A stretch of 12,236 bases of DNA from a virus: UHGV virus genome UHGV-1337774. The stretch is one strand, 5' to 3'. This document shows positions 1 to 7,633 of this stretch, piece by piece (the stretch's first letter is position 1; each line of letters opens with the position of its first letter). A program made the position numbers and the translations under genes. The notes under the pieces are model-generated. The model had not been told where the DNA came from, ran no database searches, and saw only the letters and a list, made by a program, of their open reading frames with translations.

Positions 1-2
1 AT

Positions 3-875
3 ATCTTCCCTCATATCGGTTCGTCCGACATTCGCCAGCTCAAAACCAGCCACCTATTAGCCCCGATTAAAAAAGTTGATGCCAGTGGTAAACACGACGT
101 CGCTCAGCGCCTACAACAGCGCGTCACGGCCATTATGCGGTATGCGGTACAGAACGATTACATCGACTCAAATCCAGCAAGTGACATGGCCGGTGCGTTA
201 TCGACAACCAAAGCACGACACTATCCAGCTTTACCCTCTAACCGTTTCCCTGAGTTTCTTGCACGTCTTGCTGCATATCGTGGCCGTTTAATGACACGGA
301 TTGCAGTCGAGCTTTCCTTACTAACTTTTGTGCGTTCCAGTGAGTTGCGTTTCGCTCGCTGGGATGAATTCGACTTCGATAAATCTCTTTGGCGTATACC
401 GGCAAAACGAGAAGAAATTAAAGGTGTCCGTTACTCGTACCGTGGGATGAAGATGAAAGAGGTGCATATCGTTCCGCTTAGTCGGCAGGCGATGATTTTG
501 TTAGAGCAGCTTAAGCAGATTAGTGGTGATAAAGAGCTACTGTTTCCGGGAGATCATGACGCAACTAAAGTTATGAGTGAAAACACGGTTAACAGTGCTT
601 TGCGCACAATGGGGTATGACACAAAAACCGAAGTTTGCGGGCATGGATTCAGAACTATGGCGCGCGGTGCTTTGGGCGAATCAGGGTTGTGGAGTGATGA
701 CGCGATAGAACGTCAGCTAAGCCACTCTGAGCGTAATAGCGTTAGGGCTGCTTATATTCATACTTCAGAGCATTTGGATGAGCGTCGTTTAATGGTTCAG
801 TGGTGGGCCGATTATCTTGATGCTAACACTCAGGAATATATAACCCCCTACGACTTTGCAAAAAAAACTATCTAG
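3..875 (+). CDS. int: Tyrosine recombinase/integrase, P4 family, C-terminal ~291 aa (5' end lies outside the window)
   Basis: The frame is open from position 3 with no upstream stop, so the 135 start in the ORF track is internal. Translation (IFPHIGSSDIRQLKTSHLLAPIKKV ... HGFRTMARGALGESGLWSDDAIERQLSH ... RAAYIH) resembles the catalytic C-terminal half of P4-type integrases. Stop TAG at 873-875. Confidence 0.85.
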   Translation: MFPHIGSSDIRQLKTSHLLAPIKKVDASGKHDVAQRLQQRVTAIMRYAVQNDYIDSNPASDMAGALSTTKARHYPALPSNRFPEFLARLAAYRGRLMTRIAVELSLLTFVRSSELRFARWDEFDFDKSLWRIPAKREEIKGVRYSYRGMKMKEVHIVPLSRQAMILLEQLKQISGDKELLFPGDHDATKVMSENTVNSALRTMGYDTKTEVCGHGFRTMARGALGESGLWSDDAIERQLSHSERNSVRAAYIHTSEHLDERRLMVQWWADYLDANTQEYITPYDFAKKTI

Positions 876-891
876 CTTTAAAAATTTTAAA

Positions 892-910
892 GTAGGGTCA
901 AAGACCCTAC
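892..910. terminator. Candidate bidirectional hairpin terminator between convergent int and HerA-like genes
   Basis: Inverted repeat GTAGGGTC-aaa-GACCCTAC (892-910) inside the 38-nt gap between the int stop (875) and the HerA stop (914). A/T-rich runs flank it on both sides (ctttaaaaattttaaa upstream, taattatttttt downstream). Confidence 0.45.
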
Positions 911-913
911 TAA

Positions 914-2635
914 TTATTTTTTCCATATATTGCAATAGCCTGGAGAATCAGATTCTGGTGGATATATTGGCTTATCTATCTGGATGGTCATAGGAATAGG
1001 GAAGTCAACCCCTACAAGAGCAACTTCACCTTGTTTGAGACTTGGTAGAAAAGATGCTGCAGATTTATCAATTTCACTGCATGCACGCTCAACGACTTCT
1101 CGATCTCGGTCGTTTGTTAAGCGATGAACCAATAAGGTTCCAATTTGACTAAGCACACCTTCAGTGATATCTCTGGGTCTTTGAGTTGTTAAGCATATAT
1201 TAAGGCCATATTTCCTGCCTTCTTTTGCAATCATCTCAAAAGCGTCAAGTTTAATTGCATGATCTTCAGAACCAACCCGTTTGCCAAGGAAGTTATGGGC
1301 TTCATCAACAATAACTAACAGCGGTCTTGTTCTGAATTTTTCAAGCCTAGCTAAAGTTAAAAGTTTTCTGCCGATTACATTGGCTAAAATTTCTCTAGCA
1401 TAAAACTCATAGCTAACATCACTTAGGCATAACCTTAGGACTCGTTTATCAGATTGTAAAAAAGTTTCTAATATTTCACCTAGTGTGGATATATCCTCGT
1501 TACTATTAAAAACAGACCTTAACGAGTTGGCATACGTTACTGCTTGAATTCTGGTTAACAAAGATGAGCAATAGCTTAAGTCTTGAGTTGCAGCGTTTCC
1601 CCAAGTATTATCTCCATTATCGTAACAACATTCTTGTACAATCTGTTTTATAAGTTTTGTTATATCAAATGGTTGTGATGGATTATCAACAAGTTTAGAG
1701 TTGTCTCCAGTATTCATTGCGCGTCGATAATCTGTTTTAGGTTGATTGATTTTTTTTAAAATACCATCGGTTGCTATCCTAGGTTCTAAAGCTACTAATC
1801 TAAGGCTTTTTATCGCTTCTTTTAGCTTAGGACCCTGTACTTTTCCAGAAGGATCGAACATGGCAATAAAGTCTGACTCAACAAAGTCGGTAGGTGGAAT
1901 TCTAAATTCTAAAGAATTTATGTTTTTATTTATTGGGGCACCTAAATGGTAATGTAAACAATAATCAGATTTAAACGATCTATACTCACTGGTTGCATCA
2001 ATTATTATAGTTTTAGAGTTTTCGTAATTCGAACACTCTTCAATTAACTTGGAAGTTGTCCAACTTTTTCCACCGCCTGTAGCTCCTAAGATAGCACAAT
2101 GACGACCGAAGAGTTTATCAGGTTCAACAGTTACTATACTTGTTGCCCCTCCAGATATAATGCCTAATACAATACCTATTCTTTCTTCCTCGTTATCTTT
2201 AATTCCTTTATTAATTAATTCTGGTATTAAAGAAATAAAATCTAAGGGAGCAGAATAAACTCGATCTCCTAATCGAGGATATGATTTGATTCCTGAATCA
2301 ATTCTAAAATTTGAAGGATCAATAGTTCCAAGAAGTTGTATAATGCCGATAGCATCAACTTTGAAGTTTCCTTGAGACCCGACAGATATTTCACCTCTAT
2401 CTCGCTCTGGTAATTTAACCTCTATTAAACGGCCAAGAACAATAGATTGTTGTCCTTCTATTAATAATATTTCACCAACTTCTCCTTTTCCATATCTACA
2501 ACCTTCTATATATGTTCCGCTGAGTTCCCCTGCATAGATTAAATTTGCTCTAACTGTTTGAGCAAAAATTGATGAGACTACTCCAACCTTAAGGTCGCCC
2601 CTCAAAATACCAAGCTGTAGTGTTGTATTAATCAT
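914..2635 (-). CDS. herA: HerA-like (DUF87/FtsK-HerA superfamily) P-loop ATPase, partner of a SIR2-like protein
   Basis: 573 aa ORF. Walker A GATGGGKS (in ILGATGGGKSWTTSKL) and Walker B-like LLVIVDEAH. Its ATG overlaps the upstream gene's TGA (ATGA at 2632-2635), indicating an operon. Confidence 0.75.
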   Translation of the reverse strand: MINTTLQLGILRGDLKVGVVSSIFAQTVRANLIYAGELSGTYIEGCRYGKGEVGEILLIEGQQSIVLGRLIEVKLPERDRGEISVGSQGNFKVDAIGIIQLLGTIDPSNFRIDSGIKSYPRLGDRVYSAPLDFISLIPELINKGIKDNEEERIGIVLGIISGGATSIVTVEPDKLFGRHCAILGATGGGKSWTTSKLIEECSNYENSKTIIIDATSEYRSFKSDYCLHYHLGAPINKNINSLEFRIPPTDFVESDFIAMFDPSGKVQGPKLKEAIKSLRLVALEPRIATDGILKKINQPKTDYRRAMNTGDNSKLVDNPSQPFDITKLIKQIVQECCYDNGDNTWGNAATQDLSYCSSLLTRIQAVTYANSLRSVFNSNEDISTLGEILETFLQSDKRVLRLCLSDVSYEFYAREILANVIGRKLLTLARLEKFRTRPLLVIVDEAHNFLGKRVGSEDHAIKLDAFEMIAKEGRKYGLNICLTTQRPRDITEGVLSQIGTLLVHRLTNDRDREVVERACSEIDKSAASFLPSLKQGEVALVGVDFPIPMTIQIDKPIYPPESDSPGYCNIWKK

Positions 2636-3930
2636 AATTGATTGTTAACTCCTACTTGTTTTATTACCTTAGCCAACTGTTCTGCTGGGGTTAATGCTTT
2701 AAGATTGGGAACTAATTTAACAAAATCACTGAAAGATGCATTTATGAAGTGAATGTCATAACCTGATAGTGAGAGTTGTTTTAGTAAATCCCAATATTTA
2801 CTAGAACCGTCCCCCCCTTTATTCCGAATATGAGTTGCACATTTGAAATCTACTATAATCAACCTCATGCTTGGATTGGATTTTATTGCTGAGTAAATTG
2901 GTTCAGAAAGATGGTCATCATTGAAACCAAATCCAGATATAACTAAACAGTTATTTCTTTTTCTCAAGAAATCTAACAATCTTGAAAGTAATTCTAAGTG
3001 AGGTTGAATAAAGGCTTGCTGATATTTACCTTTCGCTGGATATATTAGACATGCGTTTGTTGCTGTTGGTTGGCTGGATTCATATATTTGCCCATCCTTT
3101 CTTATCCAACTTACAGAACCGTGGAGTTTAAATAACTGGAATACGCCCTCTACAAACTCATGCTCGTTTTCATCTCTTTTAACAACATCGTAGTTAAAAT
3201 ATTTACCATCGAATCTGCGAACTCCTGTATATGAAAGACCATCAACTACCATCATTCCTAATTCAGAAGCAGCTGTTTCAAAGGCTAAATCATAGTTAGT
3301 TGTGAAAACTTTTAGTCTAGGATCTCTGACTCTCCTCCTCCCCATTTTTTGTAATAAATTGATGTAAGCTGAAAGATCACAGTTGCCATCATCAATAAAT
3401 GAGCGACATTTGTCTAAAATAATTGTTTTAACTTTATTTAAAAAATTCAACACTTCTTCATCATCATGAAATGCTAAATATGCTTCACAATTAGAAAGAA
3501 AGTGTTCTATGTTAGGATACTCTCGCTCTTTATATTTTACTTTATCACAAACAATTTGAGCATCAGGTTTTAATTGACCATCCTCGTTTATAGAAGATTC
3601 ACTCCACATTGCACACTTCCAGAGATCCCACATGCTTGGCCCTCCAACGTCCCCAAGCGAAGTACCACTCCCAGCGAAGAATGCAAGATTTGGGAATTGT
3701 AATGATTTTAGTAATAGTTCGTTTATATATGCCTGATTGTCTTTCAACTCCTTCTTTTCACCATCAGTAAGAGATTGTGCTGGAGAAATAGAATCTCCTG
3801 ACTCTTCTAAACTTTCATTCGTTATGTAGTCTCGCCAATAAATAAACGATTTACTATCTAATGCTTTCCAGTCGTTACTACCGGGTTTTAAAAATGAGAT
3901 GTATCCGTCCGGATTTGTAGTCATAATCAT
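2632..3930 (-). CDS. SIR2-like (SIR2_2 family) putative NAD+-consuming defence effector
   Basis: 432 aa ORF. Rossmann-like FFAGSGTS motif near the N-terminus, TTNYD motif and a downstream KLHGSVSW motif (candidate catalytic Asn/His as in defence SIR2 domains such as ThsA), plus GFGFNDDH near the C-terminus. Stop overlaps the HerA start. Confidence 0.7.
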   Translation of the reverse strand: MIMTTNPDGYISFLKPGSNDWKALDSKSFIYWRDYITNESLEESGDSISPAQSLTDGEKKELKDNQAYINELLLKSLQFPNLAFFAGSGTSLGDVGGPSMWDLWKCAMWSESSINEDGQLKPDAQIVCDKVKYKEREYPNIEHFLSNCEAYLAFHDDEEVLNFLNKVKTIILDKCRSFIDDGNCDLSAYINLLQKMGRRRVRDPRLKVFTTNYDLAFETAASELGMMVVDGLSYTGVRRFDGKYFNYDVVKRDENEHEFVEGVFQLFKLHGSVSWIRKDGQIYESSQPTATNACLIYPAKGKYQQAFIQPHLELLSRLLDFLRKRNNCLVISGFGFNDDHLSEPIYSAIKSNPSMRLIIVDFKCATHIRNKGGDGSSKYWDLLKQLSLSGYDIHFINASFSDFVKLVPNLKALTPAEQLAKVIKQVGVNNQL

Positions 3931-4412
3931 TATCCATTGATGTCATTAAGAGTTTGTTCCCAATAATTTACTACACCACGGCTGGAAGAAAAAGTAATCA
4001 CAATCACTATCTTTGACTACAGTGCGCACAATTATCTTCCCGCCACGCTTGCCCACCTTTAATACACGTGCATGTTTGATCTGAGGTCTTACGATATCTT
4101 GTACAGGTAGAGGTTATAAGAGTGAGAACCATGCTCACTAAGGATGACAAATCTATAAATATTACCCGTAGCGCCGCTCAGTTTACGTGTGCTGCATCGA
4201 TACACTGCAGTTCTTGAATCATTGCGGAGATTTCAGCAACTGCCAGCCAGTATCTCGTCAATCATTGTCACCGCCTGCGCGGCTGAGTTTGCTATTTTCT
4301 CCCTTAGCGCGAGCAGCCCCGCCCGCCTGCCCGCTTCGCTTAACAGACTGGTTTTCATGCACCCCGTAAATCGTCTCAGAAGCCACCACACAAGGGCTTT
4401 CGCGTCAAAAAT

Positions 4413-4443
4413 GGCGCATGAGACTCATGCGTTTTCATGCGCC
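4413..4443. repeat. Perfect palindrome with an extra direct half-site (GGCGCATGAG a CTCATGCG ttt TCATGCGCC)
   Basis: CGCATGAG (4415-4422) is the exact reverse complement of CTCATGCG (4424-4431). A second copy, TCATGCGCC (4435-4443), is the reverse complement of GGCGCATGA (4413-4421). Read directly from the sequence. Confidence 0.5.
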
Positions 4444-4488
4444 ATAGATATGCACTCATACGCTCTCAGGCCAGCCAGGGAAAAGGCG

Positions 4489-4513
4489 TAAAAAATCCCG
4501 GTACTGGACCGGG
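4489..4513 (-). terminator. Rho-independent terminator of the sid-psu-delta late operon
   Basis: On the minus strand, 23 nt after the delta stop (4537-4539), a hairpin TCCCGGT-ccagt-ACCGGGA is followed by ATTTTTTAC (plus-strand stems cccggt 4497-4502 and accggg 4508-4513, A-run 4490-4496). Confidence 0.6.
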
Positions 4514-4536
4514 ACTTCGTGGTCGTATTTTGCTAA

Positions 4537-4809
4537 TCAGACAGGAATTTGCTGACGGTTTGACAGCTTTGATGCGGAGCCATAGCGATTGAGAGTTTGC
4601 TGTTGTTTTTCCGGTATTTTTGCTTTGTCTGATTCCTGTTCATTGCACCGAGGCTTCATAATTATCGTATCCACGCTTTCCAGTGCGGTAAATGTGCAGG
4701 AACATTCCAGATTCTGGCACTGATACCATGAGCGTTTAACCGACGGAGCTTCATAGGCGCTGGTTCTGGCGTGAGCGACCGCGCCACATTCAGGACACTT
4801 CAGGGCCAT
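4537..4809 (-). CDS. delta: Ogr/Delta-family zinc-finger late transcription activator (single domain, ~90 aa)
   Basis: MALKCPECGAVAHARTSAYEAPSVKRSWYQCQNLECSCTF has the C-x2-C-x22-C-x4-C spacing and the AHARTS/YxQCxNxxCS motifs of P2 Ogr and P4 Delta. Start chosen at ATG 4807-4809, 1 nt after the upstream gene's stop at 4811-4813; the longer track ORF (to 4911) would overlap that gene. Confidence 0.8.
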   Translation of the reverse strand: MALKCPECGAVAHARTSAYEAPSVKRSWYQCQNLECSCTFTALESVDTIIMKPRCNEQESDKAKIPEKQQQTLNRYGSASKLSNRQQIPV

Positions 4810-4810
4810 A

Positions 4811-5365
4811 TCAGCACACTCCTTTTTCATTAAGTCGGTTAAGGCGGGCCAGGAAAACTTTATGTTGTGCCGGGGTGAAACTGGCTGAAGCATCAGCGCG
4901 CATTGATGCATCCACCGTTAATCCGGTTTCGTCGATAATGCTCTTATATGCTGCTGAAATTACCGGAGTACGGACTTCCGTTTGTCGGGCTACAGCGGTT
5001 CGTAATATTTTCATTGCCGCCTCAAGCCCGTATGGTGCACAAAGAAAAGGAGCCAGAGCGTCAGTGAGTGCATCACCATGCTCGCTCATGAAGTTTTCAG
5101 TTGCGCTTGTAACACAGCTTTCCAGCACAATCTGGTGAGCATAAAGACCATCCCGGGCGGCACAGTTAATCTGCCATTCGAGGAGTGCAAGACGCTCACG
5201 AAGATCCTCAAGTTGGCTGGCATATGCTGCGGGTTTTTCTTCAGTATCCAGCAAAGCAGCCAGACGAAGCTGGCTGGTACTTTGCACATTACGTAGTGTC
5301 AGCCAGCTTTTTATTGCCGCGCGGTAATCGTTGAGAGCTTCCTGAGTAATGGTTCCGGTATTCAT
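4811..5365 (-). CDS. psu: Psu-like (polarity suppression / capsid decoration) protein
   Basis: 184 aa; size and position fit P4 Psu. Recalled similarity in blocks such as HGDALTDALAP and the C-terminal FTPAQ motif. ATG at 5363-5365 overlaps the upstream TGA (ATGA coupling). The family call rests on memory and synteny. Confidence 0.55.
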   Translation of the reverse strand: MNTGTITQEALNDYRAAIKSWLTLRNVQSTSQLRLAALLDTEEKPAAYASQLEDLRERLALLEWQINCAARDGLYAHQIVLESCVTSATENFMSEHGDALTDALAPFLCAPYGLEAAMKILRTAVARQTEVRTPVISAAYKSIIDETGLTVDASMRADASASFTPAQHKVFLARLNRLNEKGVC

Positions 5366-6114
5366 TCCTTCTCGCCCCCTTTAGCCATGTCACGCTGTTT
5401 AAGCATCCGGGAACGTGCTGCAGGGCTGGGTGATTGTCTGGCATCCTGTATGGCTTTATCGTCCGCATAAATGCTGATCCCCGGCAGGGCAATATCATCC
5501 GTTGAAGATACGTTACAGAACAGTGCCGGAGTGGTGAGTTGCTCGCTGATAAATTGCTTCAGCACACTTTCGGGGTCGTTTACGGTATGAACTACACCGA
5601 TAACAGAAGATGCGCTTCGGCCCAGAGTCATTTTCAGCAGTCCAAGGATCTGAATAAGTTTCTGGCCGTGTTCCTTCATAAACTCATTCCAGAGCCACAC
5701 TGCATGAGTTTCAATCAGGTGATTATGTTCGCTGATGTAGCGGTTTGCAGCATCCGCAGTTTTCCATGGCAGGAATTCATTTTCTGCAGCCTGAGCAGCC
5801 AGCAAATCTTCGAACTCATCTAGTGTTTCGCGTCCGAGGGCGATTTCTGCCCGCAGTTTTTTCATTCGTGGCGTCATATTCCCCTGATTCTCACGAAACA
5901 GGTTTCGCCATTCATCATTAAGCGCCTGCGTCTCCGTTTTTGTATCTTCCTGACGTTTACGGATAGTTTCAGTCATTGCAGCAGCTTCGGTTTGTTTTCG
6001 CCGTTCTTCCTGCCAGACAGCTTTTGCTGCCTTAACTTTTTCCACCGCTTCGCGAATTTTCGGCGGGAGGGTGGGGGTAATGTTTGCATCAGAGATCTGG
6101 TTAACAGTTGTCAT
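5362..6114 (-). CDS. sid: Sid-like (external scaffold / capsid size determination) protein, first gene of the late operon
   Basis: 250 aa from ATG 6112-6114, which has a GGAG Shine-Dalgarno 5 nt upstream; the track's 6147 start is a TTG with no RBS. Helix-rich, charged N-terminus; size and position match P4 sid. Product call is from synteny only. Confidence 0.45.
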   Translation of the reverse strand: MTTVNQISDANITPTLPPKIREAVEKVKAAKAVWQEERRKQTEAAAMTETIRKRQEDTKTETQALNDEWRNLFRENQGNMTPRMKKLRAEIALGRETLDEFEDLLAAQAAENEFLPWKTADAANRYISEHNHLIETHAVWLWNEFMKEHGQKLIQILGLLKMTLGRSASSVIGVVHTVNDPESVLKQFISEQLTTPALFCNVSSTDDIALPGISIYADDKAIQDARQSPSPAARSRMLKQRDMAKGGEKE

Positions 6115-6140
6115 GGCTGCTCCGGTAGTGTTTTGTTGTT

Positions 6141-6207
6141 GTGTCAATTGTGCCGGGGTCCATACAAGCGCACTACCGAGGAGGATTGTGTCAGTGACTG
6201 AACAATG
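6141..6207 (-). promoter_or_regulatory. Candidate Delta/Ogr-activated late promoter (Psid-like) with a TGT-N12-ACA dyad
   Basis: TGT (6187-6189) - 12 nt - ACA (6202-6204) inside the near-palindrome TTGTgtcagtgactgaACAA, centred about 85 nt upstream of the sid ATG. P2/P4 late promoters carry this dyad at about -55. The -10 element could not be pinned down. Confidence 0.4.
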
Positions 6208-6270
6208 ACCTTGGTCTGGCTAGCCAGAGAAAGGTGTCATGTCTGATCTACACGCTTCCTTTAATACATA

Positions 6271-6480
6271 CTATTCACTACTGTTCACTTCAATAAAAAT
6301 ATAGTAAATACATGTGGTTAAGTGGTGTAGTGTTTTAATTAAAGTGATCATCTACTGTTCATGACTGTTCACAGAGATAAAATTAAACATATATTTCTTT
6401 TTCATATAAGTCGCGATATTTATTTCAGTTTATTACTGGATCTTTTCTCCTCACCAATATTCACCAGTATTCAATACATA
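6271..6480. repeat. Iteron-like direct repeats with a TTCAC core at 10-bp spacing (candidate alpha-binding ori-like region)
   Basis: Three clusters: ctaTTCACTactgTTCACTtca (6271-6292), tACTGTTCAtgACTGTTCAcag (6353-6374), and TCACCAATAT TCACCAGTAT TCAATACATA (6451-6480). P4 alpha protein is reported to bind TGTTCACC-type iterons in ori and crr. Confidence 0.4.
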
Positions 6481-7019
6481 TTCTATGTAAAGAATAAAAG
6501 ATGTCTTATATCTGTTTAATAATTGAACATTCAACCTCCCTGCACTCAGTTGCATTTCAGGAAAATATTCATAAAAATGAATTTGTCTGATGTTCATTAA
6601 ACACATTCGGATACATGCGGAAGTAAGATGGTAATTTAATTTCTTTAATCATCAGATTTATTGATACATATGGTGAGCTGTTTATTTTTGGCCGTTTTTG
6701 GCTCTTTTATTAATCAGGTGTTGTCTTAGTGCTTATGATGTAAAGCCCTGAATGATATGGGCTGGTTCAGATTTGAGCTGTGATCCTGCCTAGTGTAATA
6801 GACTTTTTTATTATTGATGCTCCTTATTATATTCCATAAAGGAATTGTTTGTTTTTGTTCGTTTCATACGGTTTTTAGCTGTTTTATTTTTTGAGAAATC
6901 AACATTTCACACAAAATAAATAAAGCATGCGCGAGCCGCTTATATAAACATAATAAGGAGCTACCTGAATCCGCATGGAATTGCCCGGACTGTTGTAAAC
7001 ATATTAGAGAGGTAGCCAG

Positions 7020-7280
7020 ATGAATAGTATTTCCGTTTCCACCCCGGCACCAGCTGCTCCGGTGCTCCCGGTTCCGGCTCAGCAGGAGCGCTTCATACGA
7101 TTACCTGAAGTGATGCACCTTTGCGGGCTATCCCGTTCAACCATCTACGACCTTATCAGCCGCGATGCCTTCCCGCAGCAGATATCCCTGGGTGGAAAAA
7201 ATGTGGCTTGGGTACAGTCGGAGGTCAGTGCATGGATGGCGGCGCGAATTGCTGCCCGCGAGCAAGGAGGCCATGCGTGA
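7020..7280 (+). CDS. alpA: AlpA/Vis-family helix-turn-helix regulator/excisionase
   Basis: 86 aa; [50 protein letters not shown] matches the AlpA family signature. AGAGAGG Shine-Dalgarno 7 nt before ATG 7020. Divergent from the sid operon, as for P4 vis. Confidence 0.85.
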   Translation: MNSISVSTPAPAAPVLPVPAQQERFIRLPEVMHLCGLSRSTIYDLISRDAFPQQISLGGKNVAWVQSEVSAWMAARIAAREQGGHA

Positions 7281-7373
7281 AACTTGCTTTGCAGTCTCAT
7301 CTCCTTTTTTCTGGCTTGCGTCCTGATATCTTTTCCAGGTATAGTTTTCCCGCTGCCGCAAAATCGGCTGCCG

Positions 7374-7623
7374 GGCGTAGGAACCCGAGTTACTTATTGG
7401 CGACACCAGACGCGCCGTGCGTCTTTTTTTACGTCGTTGCTCAGGCACACCCATTTTTCGGGCTGCGGTGCTTATACCTTAGCCCCTTTCAGATAATGGT
7501 GGTCCGGGCGGGGCAGCCTTCGGGCTGGCCGGTTTCCAATAAGGCCGGTATTCCTACCCCCGTTCGGGTCACCACCCATGAGCGTAGGAACTCCGGTGGT
7601 GGCATTTACCGCTACTTATTGGA
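7374..7623 (+). promoter_or_regulatory. Candidate P4-type RNA immunity / attenuation region (CI-RNA-like): direct repeats flanking a partly complementary segment
   Basis: Direct repeats GCGTAGGAAC...TACTTATTGG at 7374-7399 and 7583-7623. Between them, 7536-7569 carries CCAATAAG and TTCCTAC, complementary to the TTATTGG and GTAGGAA blocks. Also a UUCG-type hairpin CAGCC-TTCG-GGCTG (7514-7526) and CACCACC/GGTGGTG pairing (7571-7577 with 7596-7602). Complementarity is patchy, not collinear. Confidence 0.3.
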
Positions 7624-7633
7624 GGTTGCCCTT

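Noticed and set aside
1746-1952. 68-aa plus-strand ORF inside the HerA-like gene
   Set aside because: Antisense to a long ORF with clear ATPase motifs; no independent support.
4187-4491. Two overlapping plus-strand ORFs (60 and 100 aa) in the delta-cargo spacer
   Set aside because: Both begin at GTG with no Shine-Dalgarno, have low-complexity Ala/Ser/Leu/Arg-rich translations, oppose all neighbouring genes, and cover the palindrome and GC-rich tract. Most likely non-coding.
4875-6201. Several plus- and minus-strand ORFs of 67-94 aa overlapping psu and sid (4875-5138, 5078-5296, 5086-5289, 5289-5498, 5539-5823, 5992-6201)
   Set aside because: All overlap the Psu-like or Sid-like frames and lack RBS or motifs; typical shadow ORFs.
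7137-7454. 105-aa minus-strand ORF antisense to vis
   Set aside because: Antisense to the AlpA/Vis gene; Arg/Ser-rich translation typical of a GC-rich shadow frame.
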